Positions 40,601 to 50,300 of a stretch of 64,000 bases of DNA are shown in pieces (the first letter of the stretch is position 1; every line of letters begins with the position of its first letter). The DNA lies in the NCBI GenBank assembly GCA_905178155.1, contig CAJINV010000002.1, positions 5,203,709 through 5,267,708 of the forward strand. Reading direction: 5' to 3'. The position numbers and the translations under genes were made by a program. The notes under the pieces were generated by a model, which was given only the letters and a program-made list of their open reading frames with translations, did no database searches and was not told where the DNA came from. The stretch comes from Amoebophrya sp. A120. Its lineage: Eukaryota > Protista > Dinoflagellata.

Positions 40601-42016
40601 GCATTACAACTCTGGTGTGGGTACGTTTTTACTCAGGATATCATGTTCTCCTTGATCATCTTTTTCGGTGGTGCCGACTTTTTCACTACTGTGAGGAAAA
40701 ATCCCCCCTCCCCATACTGAAAGCGCATGCTTCCAAAAATTGGTGATGCCGATTTGTGATCACAAATCTTGCAAGAGGGCAAATCCAGAGAATCCGCCGC
40801 ATTATGCAGGCGATTCGTAATGCTGTTGCGCCTACATGGCAAGCCTCTGCTATGCTAAGCACCTACTTACGCCACGACCACATCCTTACGCAGGCTGAGG
40901 CTCTGCCTGCAGTGCCTCACTGCAAGACAGAGCTGATTCGTGTACACAAATCCAGCAGTAGAAGTGTCCGCTTCAATATGGAGAGAGGGGGTTGTTCGTT
41001 TTGATACTCACCAATTGCGACCTGTGGGTGTTGACCGATATTGGTGCGGGGCTTGCCAGCCACGGAGAAGGCGGTGGGGGATGTTTGAGCCTCTTTCTCG
41101 CCGGGCTGGCGGCCTGCACGATCTGCACATGCTTGAACCCCCGCGATGAGGGTTTTGAAGCCTGCGGGAGGTATCGCGCAGAAAAAAGCAGGCAGGTAAT
41201 ATTTGTAGCGCGAGAATAAATACTTGATTTTGCGTATCATGGGCAGCATGCTATGGGGCCGCCCATGACAGATCATTTTTGGGCGTATTTATTTTTGCAT
41301 TACGTGACTCTGACTCATACAAATAAATTACTTAATATGCCCTGCCTGCTTTTTTTTGTGGGATAGGAGGAGATGCGGCGGGTCCGCTGAAGGAAGTGAG
41401 GTGGATGCAATATCGATTGCAAATGCGTCTGGGCCTGGAAAATTAGTGCGCTTGCTTGGCATGCATGATCTTTTGCCCGATGATCGTTGGTCTATCATTT
41501 TCAGTATCTTCACGCAGATAGGACAGTAGTCCTTTGGAATGCATGCAGTAGATCCAACATGAGCATTTAGCAGTTTTGCGAAGGGGCTGCCTCCGCCGGG
41601 TTATTATTCCGCATGAAAAGTGCGTCCATCGCTCAGCAAAATGATGCGGGATCATTATTCTGAAGGTCTTTTCAACAACGATATAGATACGATTGTGGTT
41701 GTGCAAAACTTATTCTTGACCGAGCATCGTCATCCTTTCCAGATTCATTCACATTTGCATTGGAAACGCGGTCGATACGTGCAAGGCAAAAACGTGCGGT
41801 TGTGGACCATGCAACTGCTACCTGTTGTGTTGTTGCGGAATTTGCCGGAATATTTTGATGGGTCGGGAGTGGAATAATATTAAGGGCGAAGGGTCCGTCA
41901 GGTATAACCAGCAGGAGAAAGCAGTCTCTGTCCATGAGCACGTCTTGCAAACTAAGCAAGGGCAGAAGATGGCGGAAGCGGCCAAGGAAGCCGTGCATCG
42001 AGAACACGACGAGTAG
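31665..42016 (+). CDS. Very large protein with Cys-rich, TM-containing C-terminus, 21 introners plus canonical introns (5' end and the ~36012-36240 junction unresolved)
   Basis: The frame was followed continuously across 31665-36011 and ~36240-42016 by removing each element plus 5 bp and GT-AG introns (36312-36432, 36466-36528, probably 39032-39115). Confidence 0.65.
32034..32305. mobile_element. Introner, family A
   Basis: TSD agcaa. Restores PEQ-TNLF. Confidence 0.93.
32568..32873. mobile_element. Introner, family E
   Basis: TATCAGACAGAAAAGTAC / GTACTTTTCTGTAGAATA. TSD gatgt, with the right copy split by a family F insertion. Confidence 0.8.
32875..33091. mobile_element. Introner, family F, inserted at the right end of the family E copy
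   Basis: TATCGCCAGAAAGAACTGTC / GACAGTTTTTTCGCACGATA. Flanks aatag/aacag. Confidence 0.8.
33157..33423. mobile_element. Introner, family A
   Basis: TSD taaat. Restores ICK-SAKQL. Confidence 0.93.
33938..34565. mobile_element. Introner, family G, enlarged by an internal insertion
   Basis: TATGGAAGTGTCAGAATCGAAATTGACA / TGTCAATTTCGATCCTGACAGTTCCATA. TSD aactg. Confidence 0.9.
33987..34291 (+). mobile_element. Probable 5'-truncated non-LTR retrotransposon (RTE-like) fragment
   Basis: 11-bp duplication AATTTGTCATG (33976-33986 / 34292-34302). Encodes ...KTWISEINREL...SKELWRQIV, resembling LINE ORF2 C-termini. Confidence 0.55.
34607..34783. mobile_element. Introner, family H
   Basis: TATCACACAGAAAAAAACTGGCAGG / CCTGCCAGCTTTTTTCTGTGGGATA. 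TSD gtacg. Confidence 0.92.
34954..35362. mobile_element. Introner, family A-like (degenerate)
   Basis: TSD ccaag. Restores GSK-NKKAQ. Confidence 0.8.
35453..35651. mobile_element. Introner (degenerate, unassigned family)
   Basis: TSD cacga. Restores EHT-NPIDV. Confidence 0.75.
35699..35914. mobile_element. Introner, family F
   Basis: TATCGCGAGAAAAAACTACTGTCTC / GAGACAGTTTTTTGTTGCGATA. Flanks tttta/ttttg. Confidence 0.85.
37198..37397. mobile_element. Introner, family I
   Basis: TATGGATTGCAAAAGTA / TACTTTTGCAGTGCATA. Flanks cggag/cgacg. Frame restored. Confidence 0.8.
37425..37690. mobile_element. Introner, family A
   Basis: TSD caagg. Confidence 0.93.
37766..38034. mobile_element. Introner, family A
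   Basis: TSD gccca. Confidence 0.92.
38140..38461. mobile_element. Introner, family C
   Basis: TSD tggca. Confidence 0.92.
38701..38989. mobile_element. Introner, family G (degenerate right end)
   Basis: Left end TATGGAAGTGTCAG. Flanks accac/accgc. Restores EDH-IAFAIK. Confidence 0.65.
39161..39387. mobile_element. Introner, family J/K
   Basis: TATCGAAAGAAAAAAC / GTTTTTTTTTTGATA. Flanks gtggg/ttgag. Restores EW-DRMDP. Confidence 0.75.
39424..39879. mobile_element. Introner, family B (long, diverged)
   Basis: TATCCTGTGTAGAAATGTCCC / GGGACGTTTTTACATAGGATA. The TSD is lost, but removal plus 5 bp restores the frame. Confidence 0.7.
40027..40308. mobile_element. Introner, family B
   Basis: TSD cctcc. 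Confidence 0.92.
40362..40640. mobile_element. Introner, family B
   Basis: TATCCTGAGTAAAAACGT / ACGTTTTTACTCAGGATA. TSD tcatg. Confidence 0.93.
40687..41006. mobile_element. Introner, family C (reverse orientation)
   Basis: Flanks ttcac/ctcac. Confidence 0.85.
41172..41365. mobile_element. Introner, family H
   Basis: TSD ggagg. Confidence 0.92.
41411..41766. mobile_element. Introner, family A (degenerate)
   Basis: TATCGATTGCAAATGCGTCTGGGCCTGGAA / TTCCAGA..CATTTGCATTGGAAA. Frame restored to ORF 41825. Confidence 0.7.
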
Positions 42017-43889
42017 GTCGAGTGATGAAACCAACGTAAGTAGTGGATTTTGTCTTGTTGGATAAATATCGAAACACAAGGAAACAACAAACAGAATTTG
42101 AACCAGAATCTATTTTGTCTCGGGAAGTACGTAGATACTTCTTCTAAGTAATAAAAAATGGCGCAAATAGATAACGGAATCAATGGCGTACGTAGTTGCG
42201 TCATGCTCCTGCATAGAATGATCCAAATCCAGCGACTTTTTCGTCGCGAATTATTTTTCGCCACGACCTCAAGGTACTTACTATAAACAGCACGAAACAA
42301 AATTTAGAAATATATACGGCAGAAGATAGATTCATATAGGAACAAGAATTCGGACCGACTCAGCCACTCTAGCCAAGCTACTGCGTTCACTTTACCTTTT
42401 CTCAGCAAGGTCTCGATGGATGTTTACCAAATAAAAAAGAAACTCAACCAGTAGAGGAATAGCTCAAGCAGTAGACGAATTTATTACAGTTTTGATGACT
42501 TCCAACAGCACCGCGAAGTGGTCGTAAGGATGCTTAATTTTTATCCCTTAATATATCGTGTAACGTCTTCCGCGACCGAGCTAGTGGATGTGGAAGATCG
42601 GGAACAGTTTTGTTTATTGTTGAAAAAATAATGGTGAAGATAACAATTACAATAGCGCGCAGCAGCAAATAAGTATCGCTGTCCACTAGAAGATGATTAT
42701 CATTTCAGCTACCTCCTGTCCATGTTGATGTAAGTAGTTTTTTTTTATCTTTTCACATCTTCAAGTGGTAGTGTGTCCTCTGTTTTTCATTTGCGGTGTT
42801 TTTCTTTTTCCCTCTATGCTAAAAATTTACTTCAATTGCTTTTTTGGAACCTCATGCTGACAAGAAAAGATCACATTATACAATGGCCCTTAAGCTGTTG
42901 AACCTCGGCTCTTGTAAGAGCTGGTAATGAAGACCGATAAGAAAATGAAATATATCTGTTTTGGTTTGATACAAGATGACGAATGTTAAATGAAATGTAT
43001 CTATGAACAGTACAAACTGTCGTATGTGGATGGAAACGGTGCACTACGACCGTCTAGGAGCCGCGGCCGACCTGGCTATTTCCGGTCGCTGAGTGTGAAC
43101 GGTCTACTCCGTCGAAGGAACTCCGACGCCAGCCCTCGTTCTTAAAGGAACGCCCACCACACCTCTTTGTCTGTCATTCTCTTCACCTATGTTGATTTAG
43201 ATTTTGGTGTATCGTTATGTTATGTGTGAAGGTTTACACTGTCACTCGTTACTTAGACGATCATTTTGATTCAACACATGATCGCGAGGCGCACGATCCC
43301 CGAGGAGAGGATAGTACTTAGAGTCGTAGGATAGGGATAGGTAGGAGGTGTTGCAAGAGAGAGTTGTTTTGAGCGAATGACAGTCGTCTTCGAGTCGAAA
43401 GCATAAGAAGCCCGGCGATGACATGCTATGAGAGTTCTTGCGAGCATGTCTCGCTAGGGCAAAGAGGATCCCAGCGAAGAGCGAGCCGCGCGCGACAAAA
43501 GTTCTGATTGCAATCGGACTGTAGTTCTTACGGTCGAAAGCTAATTCAATATAGGCCCTCGTGGTCCTCCTTCTCGTCGCGTCCTCTTCGTCTTATGATT
43601 TTCCTACAGCACGATCGAAAAATCGCGGCGCCGCATCATGCTGATTACCGCGGTAGAATATTTTCAAATAGTGAGGATACTATAGTAGCCATTGTTGGTA
43701 GCGTAGTCCTAGTCCGCTACAAAGAAATATATACATAAATAGCTGCAATAAGCAAAAGAAAAAGAAATACTATATCTATGTCCACATCTCCTCACGACCA
43801 CGCGCAATAGGACGAGATGGCAAAAAGCATTGTGATCTGTCTTGATCTAAGTTGAGGCCGAGCGGCCGCCTGCGGGACTTCTGCTGACG

Positions 43890-46028
43890 ATGCTGCACCA
43901 GCAGCAGCATCACACGGGGTTGATCGTACCCCCCCAGACAGCCGGCATGCTGGGCGCGACAACGCCAAACACGACGGGGGCAACTAGTACGTCTTCCGCC
44001 AGTGGCGCGAACTACTTCTACCGTACTACAGCCGCGACTCCGTTCCAAGCGTTTGCGCAGAAACAGAACAGCCGGCTAGCTGCGTTGAAAGCGCAGTCCA
44101 AGCGGAACTCCAACACGTTGAAGCTGCTCCAGGCACCGAGCTACGTGCCGCAGCCGACTTCGTCATCCGTGGATCCAGGGTTTGTGGGGGAGGACCACGG
44201 TGCTGTAGCAGAAGTTGAGCGGAACGGTTCCAAATTGTCTTCCCAGCTGAACAACCCACACCCGAAGAAACTCAACGAAGAGCTTGCGCGGGAGAATCAA
44301 TCGCTGAAGAATTTGCTGTGTTCCTGGCAAAATGCCTACCAGCAGCTGGAGGAAGCTTATGAAGAAAGTGAGAAGGATAAGCAGCTGCTTTTGGAAAGCT
44401 GCAAGGCGCAGATACAGGAGACGCGCACCGCCTGTCTGGACCAGCTCAGCGACCTGCAGAAGGGAAATGACGAGTTGCGGAAAGAGGTACTCATACGGAA
44501 GCGAATGCATTTATTTTGAGTGTTGACTAGTTGTACTGCTCTTCGGCTGATGTTCCGCTCTTCATATTGAGTGTTGACTAGTGGTACATAACGATAAAAA
44601 CCGCTCTTCTCACTTTTTTCTGCACCACTGCCTCCACCAACAGCTTCTCGACTGCCGCGCAAGGTTGCACGAGCAGGTGCAGTATGAACTGCAAAAATAA
44701 ATGTCTGGGTCTGGAAGAATGCAAACTCGTAATGCGCATTTCAGAACACAAAAAAATCTCTCATGCATAGGTATCAAAAGCTGCCCACTTCCTGCCAGCC
44801 AAGTGGGGGACTTGTCATGCGAATTCGGCATCGCGGAAGCTTCTTGAAACCTTTGATGCTTGAAGCAGGACTCTTCCAGACCCACACACTTTTGCATTTG
44901 ATATGCAGGAGCACGGCAGGACAACGAGGACGAACCGAGAGCTGACAAACGTTTTGCAGGACGTCCGCAGAGAGATGCAGGCACTGCTGCTAGTGAACAA
45001 CAACGGCGATGTATCAAACAAAAAAAGTTCGTCACGATCTTTACTCATCTTCGGTGATCTTAAAATACAAGAAGCATCTGTGCTGGGCATGCATTAACGT
45101 GCATCTGAGTCAAATTTCATATGCGATTTGCATGTGCCTTGTGTCTCTGCAAGACAAGAAGTGGCTGCGATGCCTCTTGGAAAATAATTTATCATGCGAA
45201 AGAACCTGCAAAATATTAGTGACTGTGGCAAACTTTTTTGTGTTGTCATAAGGTGAAGGACCGACTGTGCCCGGCGGCGGGACCTTCGCAGCTGACAGTA
45301 CTGTCGGGCACGTGAACATGAACCTGGATCTCCTTCCTGACGCTGCTGTACGAACACCTGGCCCCGCCCAGCAGGTTTTTCAATTTTACCAAGAACAAAC
45401 GCGGCCAGAGCAATCTTATCTGGGTGTTTTGCAGGAAGATTCTGACCTTGATGTCCCGGGAGGAGTAGAGGCATCTCTTCAACATTTCCTACAAGTGGAG
45501 GAACGCCTTGATGAGAATCAGAAACATCTTCCCGAAATATTACACCGCGCTACAACTCGTGGCCACGATTCTTGCGAAGAGTTCGATGCCGCCGACGAGA
45601 TCGAGGAGATTTTTCTGAAGAACAGTGCACGGGGGCGAAGTAAAAATGGCTCTTCCTCTTCTTGCGCGACGAGTTCTTCTCGAACCTGCAACAGGCGCCA
45701 TGGCAAACCAGCAGCAATGTGTCCAAAGATGAACGAAATATTGTTTACTAGGAACCTCGATGTTGAAGCGCAACAAGAGGAGGACGAATGCGCTGTAGAT
45801 GGGAGTTCTGCAGAACAACGGAACAAAAATAACAGCAAAAAAACGTTGAACCCAGAAAGGAAAAGTGCAGCCGTCAGGTTGGAGCTCACGACCGGCTGTA
45901 ATCTACTACCTAGAAGCGGCCGGAGCACGAGTTCGAGTACGTTAAGCACCCCGGTATTCCCGCGTCGAAGGGACTCGTCTGCCGCGCGAGAAAACTTGCT
46001 TCGGAAACTGCTCGCAGACGGCTCCTGA
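43890..46028 (+). CDS. Coiled-coil hypothetical protein, GT-AG intron 44487..44643 plus two introners
   Basis: ORFs 43890, 44903 and 45267 join in frame. Heptad-like LNEELARENQSLKNLL...LRKE. Confidence 0.7.
44683..44903. mobile_element. Introner, family A
   Basis: TSD tgcag. Confidence 0.9.
45012..45250. mobile_element. Introner, family J
   Basis: TATCAAACAAAAAAAGTT / AACTTTTTTGTGTTGTCATA. Flanks cgatg/aggtg. Frame restored. Confidence 0.75.
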
Positions 46029-47342
46029 GGCCGTCGACAAGAACTTTGTACGATTTTTTACTCCAGTGAAGTAGAAGGGATCACATACTAAAAGCAACGA
46101 CTCCGCGCAATTTTTGCCGGTTCCTAAGCCTAACTTCGTTAGAATTATGATGCACGTTTCAAAAACAAAAGCGAAGCAGCCACTCTCACTAGTTTTGTCA
46201 AAAATTTATTGTGAACGACTCCTGCTTGTACAAAAATTGAATCCTAGCCCGTCGATACGCGCCTTATTTGGCTTAGTATAGCTGCACAAGGAAGAACAAT
46301 AATTCTTCTTCTTGCGCAAACGACGTGCTGGCCCGACTGAACGTGGAATAAAGGAAACAATGCACCTCATTTGTCGACTTGTCTTCGTCCTCTTCCTCTT
46401 CCACCTCCCTTGCTGGAAAGAACGAAAATCATTGCAGAGGCCGCTATCGTGCTTGTGCAGCTGCGCGCAGGCGTAGTACTGTGGCGTGTTTACGCGTGTT
46501 TGGTTGCCAAAGGATGTGGTGGTCCAGCACTCTCATGTTTTCGGTCCGATCATGCTTCGACGAACATCATGCTGAAGATAACGATGGATAAGTACTCACT
46601 TCTATAAGTGGTTGTAGTTTTGATTTATTGAGGACGTGGACGACCACCTGTGTCGTCATCATCAGGCTTTTGGCTCGCGAAGATGCGAAGGGCAAAGCAA
46701 AATACCTTTCGACGCATGGATTTTTTCTGCCGCGTTGATGAGAGATAAATCTTGAGAAGCGCAGCTCTGTGAGTTTCTCTGGCGTGTGTCGGTTGTGCTA
46801 CAGTCGTGTCGCTGGTGTCCTCTTCTTGCTGAGCAAAAACAACTCAAAATAGATAGGCTTTCGAAACTTTCACGCCTTTTATTCTACTCCTTTCAAGCTA
46901 CTGCTCGACAGCGCATTATTTTTCGTGTTGTGCTTGGAGCTTGTGATTGTGTCGTAAGCGGAAGCTGCGTATTCTGATTCTCGCGCTCCCCGTTCATCAT
47001 GTCTTCTAGCACAGGGGGTGCCACACCGCCCTCGCAGGCGGACGTGATTCACGAGCGCAACAAGCGCCTCTATGGCCCGCTCAGGTGTTACAGAAATCTC
47101 AAACGTCACAATAGACTCTGAGTTTTGTCTTGCATGAAGAAGAGCATGAGGTAAATGTAGATCCTCGTCCTTCTTGCGCTTTTCGCAATACAGCGATTCT
47201 TATCCGAGCATTTGCCGCTCCAGAACTTTTTCGGCGTATTCCTCTGTTGAGAGTTGGCCAGATCATGTACAACTTTTTGCGTCGCAAACAATCCCCATTC
47301 TGATTGTGCTGACGTTTGAAATTGTAAGTGTAAAACACCTGA

Positions 47343-50300
47343 GCGGGTTATAGCGTTATTGAGGACATTCTGAACGGCACGGATTTACTGTCCGCTAGCG
47401 CAAGCAGTTCTTCGTCGTCCGCAACTACCCTTTTTCCAAATAACACCACGTCGAGGAACAACAAGACCTCCGCACAGGAGTCGCATCCTCGTAGTTCGGG
47501 TTCGACGAGGAAGACCCACCTACAACACGAAGACCCGCCCGGAAACGACCACGAGAACCACGGGCACAAGAACGAGTACGATAGGCATCCGCTTCCTGCG
47601 CGCGAAATCAAGAGGGTAAACATCGGGATTAACCCTTTGATTACAGCAGGAGCTACTACTTCGTCCACGGCCGCGTCCGCGAGCAGAAGTGCCGGTGCAC
47701 TAGACCAGGAGTATGCGCAAGCCTCGACGTCGACAAGAAGCGCGTCCTCTTTTCTGGCAGCGGTGGAGAGGGAAACAAGAAGCGTGAAGGAAACGAGAAG
47801 CATGTATCAAATGTAAAAATGTCTGGGTCTGGAAACTTGTGATGCTGGGTGACGTCTCATGATGAGGCCACAAGTGCTGGCTCAGCATGACAAGTTTCTG
47901 AGCTGCTAGGTGTTGCCTATTCTGCATGACAGACTGCGTTTCTGCATCACAGAAAAATGGAGCTCTCGGGTAGCGTGCATGACAGATTTAAGAGTCATGC
48001 CAGACAAGCATGGCAAACATGCATTCTTCCAGTCCCAGACATTTTTGCACTTGATACGGTGGAGAGGGAAACGAGAAGCATGAAGGAGGAGTTCATTCTG
48101 CCAAGAACAGGGTAACAGAAAACCTTGACGTGACCGGGGAGGTCACGTCCACCCGGCCGGCCGGGCGGACCGTGACCGGGGGTAGACCATGTCCCGCGGC
48201 TGCTATCCGGGCGCGGGCTGCGCCAGATGTTAGTTTTATTTGGTGCGCGGAGCAGAGCCGCTCCGACTCCACCCGCAGTGCCTATAATCGAAAGCCTGGG
48301 TGGGCCTCAGGCTCCTGCAAAGTAGCTGGCGTTGCGGGGGCGGATTTTATTTATGCAGTAGCTACTGTAGCGAGACACCGCTGGCAACCGCTCGAAACAC
48401 CCCGCCCACCCACCAGAAAACGGGCTGGTGGTAGGAATGCATCGCGCGGCACCTTGGGCCAAAAGTGTCGAAGGTGCAGACTTCGTGGCGCTACCACTTG
48501 GATCCGCCTGAGCTCGGACGAAGCGCCGCATATTGAGACCTGTGGCTCTCAGGTGCTGTGACCTGAACCCTAGCACTGAACGACTTTGGCTCAAGGTACA
48601 GCGCCACGACCTCCTGGCGCCCCCATGCCCTTTTCACTCTTCGCGCAAAGGGTGAAAAGGGACCGGGGGTGGGAAGTCACGGCGCTGTGCATTGAGCCCA
48701 AAATGTCGCGACGCAGACTTCGCGTCTTTGCCAAGTTCATATGTCCGCGTCAATATCATGCAGCAGGCCCATGGTCATCAGCAGATCGGATGCGTTGTAT
48801 ATTGAGCCCAGAGCGAAGTCGTGGCTCCGAGGTTTAGTGAGCCGCATTCTACCACTGGACGACTTTGGCTCAAAGCACATTGCGGCGACTCCATTCTCCC
48901 AATCCCTTTTCACCCTTCGTGCGCGCGAGGGGTAAAAAGAGACGAAGGGTAGCAAGTCACTGCTTCTTGTACTTGTTGCAGCAGGTCCATTTCTATGGGC
49001 ATGCGCTCGCGCTCGGGCGCATTAAGTACATATTAAGGCCTGGGACTCCAAGGTGCACCGAGGTGCATTCTGCCAGTGCACGACTTTGGCTCAAGGTGCA
49101 GTGCCGTCACCTCCTACCCCCACGAGCGACTGGCTCCAGGATGTGGGTCGACCAGGGACAACCCCCGGTCACGGTCCGGCCGGCCGGGCGGACGTGACCG
49201 GCCCGGTCACGTCGAGATTCTATGTTAGCTTATTCTGGCAGCGGTGGAGAGGGAAACGAGAAGTATGAAGGAAGAGTTCATTTTGCCGAGTATCTTCCTG
49301 TGTAAAACCGTAGTCCCCACGTCTGGGGGCCCAAAAATTGCGGCTCTCCGGCTGGGAAAATCCAGAGGCTTTTAGGACTTTTACATGACGATTTTGATCA
49401 TGGGCGCGCAGTGTAGTTGTTTTTGCGTAGCTTGACTTCGTTTACATGACCATGGCAGCATCTTCGCGACAAATCCAATTTCTCATGGTGACGTTGTGGA
49501 TTTATTGCATGAAGAAAATGTCAATGAGTCATCTCTACTCTGCATGAACATTAGTGCGGGTACTTCCCCGCGCAGCGCCGGACGTCGTTTTTACACGCGA
49601 TACAGACGCCCCCACGAATATGGAAGCGTCAGGATCGAAATCGTCAAAGTTGAAATGATTTGCCATGCATAAAATGGATGCCAGTTGTAACCCAGCTTCA
49701 TCCAAGTGGCGCATGACAAATCTGGGTAGATCCGAAATCCAGTTTGTCATGTTGTTTGGGTAAGGAAGACGCCTTTTGTCATGCTACTTCAGCAGCGCTA
49801 TTTCTACCCCTCAACAGGCTTACAATCCGCCTCCCTTGCCTACTCTGCAAGACAGGCACTTTGTGGGCTGCATTTTATGCATGACAAAGCATTTCAACTT
49901 TGACGATTTCAATCCTGACACATCCATGACGAATTCGCGTGATTCCACCGCAGGAGGACACTGCCCCGTCGTCTAGGGATGATCACCTTCGCCAAGAAGG
50001 TGAAAAGTCGTTTCTGTGGAAGTTTGGACTGGGGGAAGCAGAAGATAATGTGACTCGTCGTGACGACGCCGAGGACGCGCAACACAACGCTGTGAAACAA
50101 GAAAAAAAATCGCAGGTGGAAAAAATGGAATCGATATCAAGTTCCCTCTTCAAGGCTACAACTAGCTCTTCTAGCAAAAACAGTACCACCTCCACGTCTA
50201 CGGCAAGAACTGCGGCGCCTGCGTCTGCCGCTCCGAGTGCGTTTTCTAGCAAGAGTACAACGACGGAGCAAGTCATTGTACCAGGGGTAGAGCAAGAACG

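Noticed and set aside
44516-44587. Direct repeat TTGAGTGTTGACTAGT.GTAC in a canonical intron
   Set aside because: Local duplication with no TIR or TSD structure.
47201-47352. Possible degenerate introner upstream of the kinesin exon
   Set aside because: Weak TIR, no TSD, and the +5 rule did not restore a frame.
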